A program made the position numbers and the translations under genes. Under the pieces are notes generated by a model that was not told the origin of the DNA, did no database searches, and saw nothing but the letters and a program-made list of their open reading frames with translations. A DNA stretch of 64,000 nt from Gracilinanus agilis. Lineage: Eukaryota. Shown one piece after another: positions 13,006-22,220 of this stretch (within the stretch, counting starts at the first letter, position 1; each line of letters starts with the position of its first letter). The stretch is from assembly GCF_016433145.1 (NCBI RefSeq), contig NC_058133.1:516757031-516821030 (forward strand), given 5' to 3'.

Positions 13006-13490
13006 TTAAGTTTCATCTCCAGTATGATTTCTCCCATGCATAGTCAGGTATGAGGCTGAGGTGAAGCCCTTCCCACAACCATTGCTTTTAGACCTCCATT
13101 CTTGTTTGAATCTTGTTGTCTACGGATCACTTTCCTCCAGAGAAAAGCATGGCTCCCCTGAGCACAATGATGAGGCTTCTCTGCCCTCTGATATAAAGTA
13201 CGAGATGAGCTCTGGCTAAAAGCCTTCCTTTAGAGAGTCGAGTCCATATGAAGCTGCTCCTCATTTTCTTTCTAATACTGAACAAGCTCTGGTCTACTTT
13301 TGAATGCCTTTCATGAGAGTGATGAGGTTTATGTCTAATATGAATTCTTTGGCTGGGAATAAGAGAGGACTCTTGTGCGAAAGCTTTAGCACATGGATTA
13401 TATTCCTAAAGTTTCTCTCCATTGTGGATTTTCTCCCCTTAAATAGGCTGAGAGTGCTGGCTCAAAGTAGAGCCTTGTTCATGACACTCA
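13006..13490 (-). pseudogene. Degenerate C2H2 (Kruppel-type) zinc-finger array remnant
   Basis: Minus-strand translation across frameshifts gives KIHNGEKL*EYNPCAKAFAQESSLIPSQRIHIRHKPH, then KAFSQSSSRTLYQRAEKPHHC, then NGCGKGFTSASYLTMHGRNHTGDET*. These are TGEKP-linker and CxxCGKxF...LxxHxRxHTG motifs with lost Cys/His residues and stops. Confidence 0.75.
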
Positions 13491-13603
13491 GGAGGTCAAA
13501 TTATATCATGATTATCATGAGGTCAAACGATGTCATGATATCATGATTATCATGAAGCAGCAGCCATCAAAATCTTTTGACATTGGCTAAAAAATCAAGA
13601 AGC

Positions 13604-13805
13604 TGGGGGGAAGCTGGGTAGCTCAGTGGATTGAGATCCAGGCCTGTAGATGGGAGATCCTGGGTTCAAGTCTGGCCTCAGACACTTCCCAGCTGGGTGA
13701 CCCTGAGCAAGTCACTTGACCCCCATTGCCTACCCTGACCACTCTTCTGCCTTGGAAGCAATACACAGTATTGATTCTAAGATGGAAGGTGAGGGTTTAA
13801 AAAAA
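13604..13805 (+). mobile_element. SINE1_Mdo-like SINE
   Basis: Head, core and A-tail. TSD aaaatcaagaagc at 13591-13603 and 13806-13818. Confidence 0.9.
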
Positions 13806-13880
13806 AAAATCAAGAAGCCTATCTATAGAATTCAATGAGCCAGTTTTAGATAAGGCAAAAAATGCTTGAGGGAATTCTCT

Positions 13881-14068
13881 TGGCTGCTTGGTGGCTCAGT
13901 GAATTGAGAGGCAAGCCTAGAAATGGGAGATCCTGGATTCAAATCTGGCTTCAGATACTTCCTACCTGTGTGACCCTGGGAAAGTCACTTAACCTCCATA
14001 GCCTAATCCTTACTGCTTTTCTGCTTTAGAACCAATACAAAGTGTTGTAAGATGGAAGATAAAGGTTT
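13881..14068 (+). mobile_element. SINE1_Mdo-like SINE (more diverged)
   Basis: gtggctcagtgaattgagag...tgtgaccctgggaaagtcacttaacc...agatggaagataaaggttt. Confidence 0.85.
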
Positions 14069-14135
14069 GTTTGTTGTTTGTTTGTTTTTTAAGAGAGAAA
14101 GAAAACTCCCTATTTGATTAAAAATTCCTAAGGAT

Positions 14136-14333
14136 GGGAGCAGCAGGGTGGCTCAGTGGATTGAGAGCCAGGTCTAGAGAGAGGAGGTCCTAAGTTCAAA
14201 TCTGGCCTCAGACACTTCCTAGTGGTATGACCCTGGGCAAGTCACTTGATTCCCCATTGCCTAGCCCTTATCACTCTTCTGCCTTGGAACCAATACACTG
14301 TATTGTTTCCAAGATGAAACGTGAGGGTTAAAA
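14136..14333 (+). mobile_element. SINE1_Mdo-like SINE
   Basis: gggagcagcagggtggctcagtggattgag...gtgagggttaaaa. Confidence 0.85.
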
Positions 14334-14674
14334 AAATCCTAGCTAAAATAGAATATAGTCTGGCAGAGAATAGGCTGACTAGTGTCTTACACCATATTCT
14401 ACAATGCAGTCTAAATGGACACATGACCCTATTATTATTATACCATACAAACTTAGAGGAGAAATGGGCCTCACACTTTTTACAGCTATGGGCAGGAGCT
14501 GAATTCTTAACTGAACAAGGGAAAGAGGCAATTAGAAAAGATATAATGGGCAACCGCCATTGCATGAAGTAGAAAGTTTCTGCAGAGACAAAATTAATGA
14601 GTCAAGAATAAAAGAAGCAGTTGAATGGGGAAAATATTCATGAGAGAGAAGGGGAGGAGAGAGAGATATGTATG

Positions 14675-15228
14675 NNNNNNNNNNNNNNNNNNNNNNNNNN
14701 NNNNNNNNNNNNNNNNNNNNNNNNNNNNNNNNNNNNNNNNNNNNNNNNNNNNNNNNNNNNNNNNNNNNNNNNNNNNNNNNNNNNNNNNNNNNNNNNNNNN
14801 NNNNNNNNNNNNNNNNNNNNNNNNNNNNNNNNNNNNNNNNNNNNNNNNNNNNNNNNNNNNNNNNNNNNNNNNNNNNNNNNNNNNNNNNNNNNNNNNNNNN
14901 NNNNNNNNNNNNNNNNNNNNNNNNNNNNNNNNNNNNNNNNNNNNNNNNNNNNNNNNNNNNNNNNNNNNNNNNNNNNNNNNNNNNNNNNNNNNNNNNNNNN
15001 NNNNNNNNNNNNNNNNNNNNNNNNNNNNNNNNNNNNNNNNNNNNNNNNNNNNNNNNNNNNNNNNNNNNNNNNNNNNNNNNNNNNNNNNNNNNNNNNNNNN
15101 NNNNNNNNNNNNNNNNNNNNNNNNNNNNNNNNNNNNNNNNNNNNNNNNNNNNNNNNNNNNNNNNNNNNNNNNNNNNNNNNNNNNNNNNNNNNNNNNNNNN
15201 NNNNNNNNNNNNNNNNNNNNNNNNNNNN
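14675..15228. other. Assembly gap (N run) flanked by GA-rich microsatellite
   Basis: Run of N with (GA)n-like sequence on both sides. Confidence 0.99.
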
Positions 15229-15257
15229 GAGAGAGAGAGAGGGAGAGAAGGGAGAGG

Positions 15258-15290
<33 letters not shown>

Positions 15291-15339
15291 GTAGATAGAT
15301 AGGGGATGGGAAAGGGAGGGATGGGAAAAGAACAAGCAT

Positions 15340-15590
15340 ATATTAAACACTTACTGTGTGTTTAAGCACTGTACTAGGTGCTTAAAAATAATAGTTTATT
15401 TACTCCTCATAACAATCCTATGAATTAGGAGCTCTTATTATCCCCATTTTGCAGTTGAAGAAACTGAGACAGACAGAGATTAAGTGACTTGCCTAGAGTC
15501 ACACAGCCAGTCAGTATCTGAGCCTAGATTTAATCTAAGTTCTTCCTGACTCCGGGCCCAATGCTTTATGCATTATGGTAGCACCCAGCT
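15340..15590 (-). mobile_element. MIR/MAR1 fragment
   Basis: tattatccccattttgcagttgaagaaactgagac...aagtgacttgcctagagtcacacagc. Confidence 0.7.
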
Positions 15591-15914
15591 ATGCCACACG
15601 TCATCATCATCATCATCATCATCACCACATCTTCAGACTAGTGTAAAGATTAAAATTCATATACAATATCTAAGTATTATATTTTATGAAGTTTATTAAT
15701 AATAACTAAAGCAAAAAAGCTCGCAAACCCAGCTCTGGTCGCAAAAGAAGAGAGAGATAGAAGCAGTCACAGAACTCATAAACAATATGTGAAGACGCAA
15801 ACATGGGGGAAGGGAAAAGGATTCTGGGAGCTGAGAAAGAATTCTGGGAGACGGAGTCCAAGGTACCAGAACGTCTAACTAATAGAGGAGGAGGTGGAAT
15901 ATGAGGGTGGTTTC

Positions 15915-16025
15915 CATTTTTGCTTCTCTCAATATTAGTGACTTGGAGCATCTTTCCATGTGATTGGCCATAGTTTGCAATTCAGCTTTCCAGAAGTCTC
16001 CTCATACCGTTTGGCCTCATATACT
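15915..16025 (-). mobile_element. Short old L1 ORF2 3' fragment
   Basis: tttgcttctctcaatattagtgacttggagcatctttcc is antisense to the [10 protein letters not shown] region of L1 ORF2. Confidence 0.55.
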
Positions 16026-16039
16026 GAGGAAGGGAAGCA

Positions 16040-16260
16040 TCGACTAGGAAAATACGCTCCGGCTAACGTAGCGCACGCGGACCGCTGCGGGCACCTAGCC
16101 GGGATGGCGGATGGAGCACCCGGCTGTCCAAGAGCTTGGCGTGGGTGGGCACGACCTCAGCAGCCAGCCGGCCACATCTACAGATGAGGAAGTTGAGCGT
16201 CTCAGTAAGTAACTTGGCTGTGGTCAAGTCTTAGACGTAGGAGACACCATCGCCACGGGG
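16040..16260. promoter_or_regulatory. Small CpG-island-like patch
   Basis: 14 CpGs counted in 16041-16160, against a strongly CpG-depleted background. Confidence 0.5.
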
Positions 16261-16616
16261 GCCCTCCGACTCCAGACTCTACTCCTACTAAGCCCAAGAA
16301 ATTGGGGTGTTGCTCTTCTATACTAAGTATGGATTGAGATTCATCCTTGGGAAATCCTGGCCTCAAATGGAGCCCGGCGGAGGGGGGGGGCATTTGTCCA
16401 ACTTGCACGACTTGACCCTACGGCCATGTAAGGAAAGTACTAAAAGCATTCGGTTTGCTCTTACTAAAGGCAGAGCTTTTGCTCCTGTGTATGATGTCCT
16501 CCACGGAAGGAGCCACCGTAATGGAGAGGAGGGCTCTGACTGCTATTTCTTGTCTTAATAGAATAGAACCACTAAGCAGAAAATGGACAAGCACATTGAT
16601 AGAAAAACTGAAAAGT

Positions 16617-16823
16617 GGGGGCAGCTGGGTAGCTCAGTAGATGGAGAGCCAAGCCTAGAGATGGGAGGTCCTGGGTTCAAATCTGACCTCAGACACTTCC
16701 CAGCTGGGTGACCCTGGGCAAGTCCCTTGACCCCCATGGCCCACCCTCACCACTCTTCTGCCTTGGAGCCAATACACAGTATTGATTCAAAGACGGAAGG
16801 TGAGGGGTTAAAAAACAAAACAA
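16617..16823 (+). mobile_element. SINE1_Mdo-like SINE (first of a head-to-tail pair)
   Basis: ggggcagctgggtagctcagtagatgg...gacggaaggtgaggggttaaaaaacaaaacaa. Confidence 0.9.
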
Positions 16824-17020
16824 GGGGGGCAGCTGGGTAGCTCAGTGGAGTGAGAGTCAGGCCTAGAGACGGGAGGTCCCAGATTCAAACCCGGCCTCAG
16901 CCACTTCCCAGCTGTGTGACCCTGGGCAAGTCACTTGACCCCCATGGCCCACCCTTACCACTCTTCCACCCATGAGACAATACACCGAAGTACAAGGGTT
17001 TAAAAAAAAATAAAAATAAA
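16824..17020 (+). mobile_element. Second SINE (different 3' subfamily) in the tail of the first
   Basis: Same head, but its 3' end reads ttccacccatgagacaatacaccgaagtacaagggttt followed by an A-rich tail. Confidence 0.9.
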
Positions 17021-17596
17021 ATACTTAAAAGTGCATCCGGAGTAACACTAACTACCGTTTTATTCTCCAAGGAGGAGGCAGATGCTTAAAATCGCGGCCC
17101 TGCTGCTGTTTGCAGGACTGCTGAAGGGGCTTTGCATGTCATCTTGGCTCTGTAATGGTCAGTGATTTCCTCCTGGTCCAGGTCTTTAGGCAACCCAGGC
17201 CAAAGGCTGTGCTCTTCTCCCTGGTGGTGGTCCTCTTCCCTGTCGCAGAAGCTCCCTCTGCCACCAACCGGCTGTCTCGAGCCCTCTCTCACTTTCAAGC
17301 TGTGCTCAAACATCTCAGGATCCCGGTTCAGTCCCCTACGCTTAGGGCAAGGAACGTGAAACGCAAAGAGAAGCAGGGCACGAAGCCCGGGTTCGGACTT
17401 GCCTAAACTCACATATGAGTGACTTTTCTTGCCGTTGAACACTTCTCCTGCGGTGGGTGGAAGAGCATCCTTGTAGCTCTCACCCCTACTATAAAGTCTG
17501 GAAAGGGAAAGCTGTGTGCCACGCACGAGAGCTGCAGGGAGAGAGCAAGCCAGAAGCTGTTTCCCTTTATTTTAACTTCAGCAGTCTGCGCTCCCC

Positions 17597-17597
<1 letters not shown>

Positions 17598-17650
<53 letters not shown>
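17598..17650. repeat. (CA)n microsatellite
   Basis: Direct observation. Confidence 0.98.
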
Positions 17651-18704
17651 CCCTGCTGTCATGGGGTTTAGGGACTAATTAAGGGATTGACTGCTGCATC
17701 TTCTCAAAGCCACCTGAATCCTTCCGCACTGAGCCAGGGCATCTAGGCGGGGTGCGTGGGCCCCCCCTGGGGTCCAGTGCCTTAAGATATACAAAAATCA
17801 GTCCAGAAATACAAGGCATATTTGGGGAGATGCCCTCCCAGCTCGAGGGAGGAGTACCAGAAAAGGGGGCCCCGACCCAAGTTTTGAAGGAAATTGTGAA
17901 TCCCAAGGAGTGCAGGGAAGGAGGGGAAATGATTTGGTCAAGGAGACAAAACTCCTAAAGAAAAGAGGAAGAAGTTGAACGTGTTCCTCGGACTTTACTT
18001 GAGGCATCTCTCCACGGGACCACATGAACACGGTCTACAGGAAGCCCTTGTATTTCCGAAAGGGGGATGGGGGGTACCATCTAGGAATGCTGCCATAAGC
18101 CAAGAGTATTTAAATTGAATAACAATTTTCATGAAACAATATTTGGAGAGTGCGGCGTTCCTGAGAAGGCTCCACGTCCAACTTCTGTTGAAATGACCAC
18201 AAACTCTACTCAATTCATTATTTCATCAACTACGAATGATATAAGAGTCCGGATAAAGTTCCCCCCAAGGAGTTATAAGTGAATTAAACATGGCAATAAC
18301 AGTAGCCAACCACAAAGACTTGGGCTGAATAGAAGACACCAGCGCAGTCTTCCACAGGAATATAAAGTAAAGTTGATACTTGTTTCTCCATCACATGCGT
18401 TTGTCCAAACGTCCCTCTCCTCCTCCAGGCAAGAACCTTCTTGATGCCTTCTTTAATTCTTTTATTTTTTATTGAAACCACTCAGACTGCCTGGAAATGC
18501 TTTAATGAAAAACACAGAAATTGGGGGGTGGGGGGGGCTTCTTTCAGATCACTTGGAGGGAACAAGATATTGAAAGACCTTTTGGGGCAACTGATCACCA
18601 CATACACGTGTTGGGAATTGTAAAATGTTGTCAGAAGTGACTGTTGAATCAACACACATTTACTAAGAACTCGTAACAACCACTCTTCTTCTTCTTTTAC
18701 TTCT

Positions 18705-18726
18705 TTTACTGTTACTACTATTGTTA

Positions 18727-18809
<83 letters not shown>

Positions 18810-18987
18810 TTATTACTACAATTCCTACTACTACCATTATTACCACTACCACTACCACTACTACTACTACTACTATTCCTACTACTACCATTATTACTAC
18901 TATTACTACTACCACTACCACTACTACTACTACTAGCACTACTACTACTATTCCTACTACTACCATTATTACTACTATTACTACTAT

Positions 18988-19022
<35 letters not shown>

Positions 19023-19080
19023 TTATTACTACTATTCCTACTACTACCATTATTACTACTACCACTACTACTACTATTAT

Positions 19081-19127
<47 letters not shown>

Positions 19128-19180
19128 TTCCTAATATTACCATTATTACTACTATTACTAAGATCACTACCCTACTTCCC

Positions 19181-19216
<36 letters not shown>

Positions 19217-19235
19217 TTACTACTACTCCTACTCC
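18705..19235. repeat. (TAC/TAT/CAC)n compound trinucleotide array with recurring higher-order motif
   Basis: About 530 bp of tac/tat/cac triplets, with the marker attcctactactaccattatta recurring five times (one copy variant). Confidence 0.97.
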
Positions 19236-19239
19236 TATA

Positions 19240-19470
19240 GCACTTTAAGATTTACAAAACAACTTACAAAAATGATCTCACTTTATCCTCGTGACAATTC
19301 TGGGAGGTAAGTATTATTATCCTCATTTTGCATATGGGGAAACTGAGGCAGACAAAGGTCAAGGAACTTGGCCAGGGCCACTCAGCTAGTAAATCTGTGG
19401 CCAAATATGAAAGAGGGCTTCCAGATTCCAGATCCAGAGCTCTCTCTGCTATGAGACCTATCTGCCTCTG
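19240..19470 (-). mobile_element. MIR/MAR1 fragment
   Basis: tattatcctcattttgcatatggggaaactgaggcagacaaaggtcaaggaacttggcc. Confidence 0.65.
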
Positions 19471-19639
19471 CAGGAGCAGCAGTGTTAGCTGCTAGAAAGT
19501 GTCATTATTAAAATCATCACATGTTCAGAATGCAGAAGAGGCTTGTTCTATCATGGTTTGCCCTAGTTATACCCAATCTGGGATATGGTATATAGAGGAA
19601 GAGGCCATATTTTATGTAGAATTTAGGCAAACCTGGGAA

Positions 19640-20078
19640 AATGTCTGGGAATGGATGGTGCGACCCAACTGGAGACAAAGATCCATGGAGGAAATCGAAA
19701 CTATTTAGCCTGGAGAAGAGAGAACATGGAGTGGGAAAGGGAGGGGAAGATGACAATTGCTTAAGTTTTTGAAAGGTTTTTAGGTAGAAGAGAGAAACAA
19801 CTTGCTCTTCTTGGCTAATAAAGGCGAATGCAGGAGGAATGGGGAAAGTTGCATAAAAGTGGATTTAGGCTTGACATCAAGAAAAAATCCCCAACTCCTT
19901 TAACCAGAATTCTCTCCAGGCAGGATGGACTGCACAAAAAAGCAGTGGGGCCTCTGTCTTTGGACTTCCAAAAGCAGTCTGGATGACTAGTTGTTGGGTA
20001 GCTTGCAGAAGGGAGTTTGGGGCAGGTATACATTGGGCTAGATGAGTTTGGAGATCCTCTCTAACTGAAATCCTCTGA
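19640..20078 (+). mobile_element. L3/CR1 3' fragment
   Basis: tttagcctggagaagagag...ggatttaggcttgacatcaagaaaaa...tagatgagtttggagatcctctctaactgaaatcctctgat. Confidence 0.7.
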
Positions 20079-20829
20079 TAGGAAGGGAAGAGACTATCAA
20101 AGGGAAAACTGACTAAAAATATTGAGATGCTCGGGCCCCAAGGAGGAAGGCTCATTTGTCTAGAAAAGAATGAGTTTTGTGGGTAAGATTCTACAGATGC
20201 TGGTGTGTTACAATTGGGGTATGCTCCTCAAAGATTTAAAGAAATAATAAGCTAAGGACAAATAGGATTTTTTTAATCCCTGCTACTTGGCACCACAGCG
20301 AAGGCACTGATACTGAGAGGTGACATTTGCTGAAAATAGAAATAGCCCCAAAAATGCTGAAAAATGAAACTATTTTAGGCCCATTGCTAACTGCTGAGGT
20401 TGACATCAAAGACAGTGACAGTATCCTTCCCGATGTGTTCAATCGTGTCACTGTCAAGGATGGAATGTTGGCCTAGAAGGACCGCTGCCCGACCAACAAT
20501 GGAAACATTTTATGCCTGTAAGGATGGAATTTGTGCAAGGGGGATGGCACAAATTCCATCCTTACATGCCCCAGACTGCATTCTACTCTTCCTTGATGAG
20601 TGTATTAAAGTTGGATAATACAAGACCTGGTAATATTGTATATCCAGGTGTGTGTGTTGTCTCTCTCTTTAGAAAGGAAACTCCTTGGGGGCAAGGATAG
20701 TTTCACTAGAATCTTTGTGCCCTCCCTCAGTGCCTAGCACAATTCCTGGCATGTAGTAAGTGCTTAAATACATGCTTGTTGGTTGACTAATTGATATGGT
20801 AGTTGCTTAATTAATACTTCCTTGTTTGA

Positions 20830-20834
<5 letters not shown>

Positions 20835-20869
<35 letters not shown>
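20835..20869. repeat. (GT)n microsatellite
   Basis: Direct observation. Confidence 0.98.
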
Positions 20870-20870
<1 letters not shown>

Positions 20871-21761
20871 TTTTTTTTGAGCATAAAATGTGAGATTTCA
20901 AAGACTGGCCCCAAAGGTGAGAGCCCAAGAAGCCCAAGGGAAGAAACCGAAAGTAGCCTTTCTTGCCAAATGGGGCTTTGTCCTAGAAGAATGACCCCAT
21001 GCCTTCAGGAAGAGGGTCACACTATAGTGGGTGCCATGATCACTTTCATGGATCCAGGATCTCCTCAGTGTGTCACTGCAATGACATAACTTGCAATCCA
21101 TAAGCCCTCTCTGATCCTGGACAACTAGTCTATACCTTCCCATGAAGTTTCCATAGGGTATCTGCTACTATCTTCCCATTCATCTTTTAACCATTTCATG
21201 GCCACCTGGGGGTGGGTGGGTGGGGAGTGGGCTGTGTTTGTCCACTGCAGACCCCTTAATCTTATAGATTGGCCTGTCTCCTTTCCTGACTATCCATCTT
21301 TTTCAGGATATCCCCTTTATTCCTTTTGTATAATTCTACACTGACAACTTTGTACAGGCTACACATGCCCCACATATATTCGTCCATCGTCCTTTGGGGG
21401 ACTTGAACATTTGGTTCTTTGGACCCTGAGGCCTTCTATCCATCATCAAAAGAAGTTTGTTGTGATTAAATAGATGGGTCTTTTTTTTTTTTTCAAGGAG
21501 AATCTCAGGGCCATTAAAAGCATCAGGCTACTTTCTATAGGCCACCCTCCCCTGCTTGATTTCAGGCCAAGCTTATTAGCATCTTTAAGATCTGTCAAAG
21601 ATAAAGGTAAGCTGATGGCTTAGCTCTAAGGGGTGTCCTTCAAACTCGAATCCTTTCATAGCACCATCTGAATAATAGTAAATGTGCATTTTTCATCCCC
21701 TTGTTTTTTTCAATGTGGATCAGCAGGGCAAAGTCTTTTGAGTGATTGTGGGTCTCATTTA

Positions 21762-22220
21762 GGAGGCTCCTGCACCTCCACAGAGGACTTGAAGGCTGGA
21801 GAGGCGGCAGGTGGCCAATAAAAAATCTAAATCTAAATTTTCTAAATTGAAGACCGTTGAGCCGCTCCTTCCCAAAGACAGTAAGCTCAACAAAGTTGAC
21901 ATTCTTAAAACTGCAACTGAATATATACGCCTTCTCAGGGAAATTTTAGAAGACACCAAAGACTTTGTGATAAAGGATCTTCAGGCAGATTGCTAACTGT
22001 TGCTGTAGTCTGATGCTATCTCTGAGTATTAAAAAAAACTGCTCAGAATTTAAAAGGATCAGTTAAGAGATTAATAAAATCATTTTGTTTATTTTGATCT
22101 ATCATTTCAGTGTTTTGAGCAGCAAAATGTAACTCTTTGTCACTAACCCAACTTTGGAGACTCTTGTCATTTGAGTCTCCATGAGTCTTCAATAAAAGTT
22201 GTATCCAGTATAAAAAAAAA
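21762..22220 (+). pseudogene. FIGLA: FIGLA-like bHLH processed pseudogene (retrocopy)
   Basis: Translation across indels gives GGSCTSTEDLK / LERRQVA / IKNLN / FSKLKTVEPLLPKDSKLNKVDILKTATEYIRLLREILEDTKDF. Recalled human FIGLA reads SGGYSSTENLQLVLERRRVANAKERERIKNLNRGFARLKALVPFLPQSRKPSKVDILKGATEYIQVLSDLLEGAKD. No intron lies between the exon-1-like and exon-2-like parts. AATAAA at 22191-22196, A-tail at 22212-22220. Confidence 0.8.

Noticed and set aside
14532-15350. 200-270 aa ORFs (also those at 39346-39573 and 44899-45434)
   Set aside because: They stay open only because they run through N gaps and GA repeats.
13500-16000. KRAB-A/B exons belonging to the zinc-finger remnant
   Set aside because: I looked for VTFxDVAV/EEW/LYRDVMLENY-type text on the minus strand and found none outside the gap.
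18721-19167. Poly-Tyr (+) and poly-Val/Ile (-) ORFs
   Set aside because: They are translations of the trinucleotide array.
21811-21996. The functional FIGLA gene
   Set aside because: No ATG, an upstream frameshift, deletion of the basic region, no introns and a poly-A remnant all point to a retrocopy.
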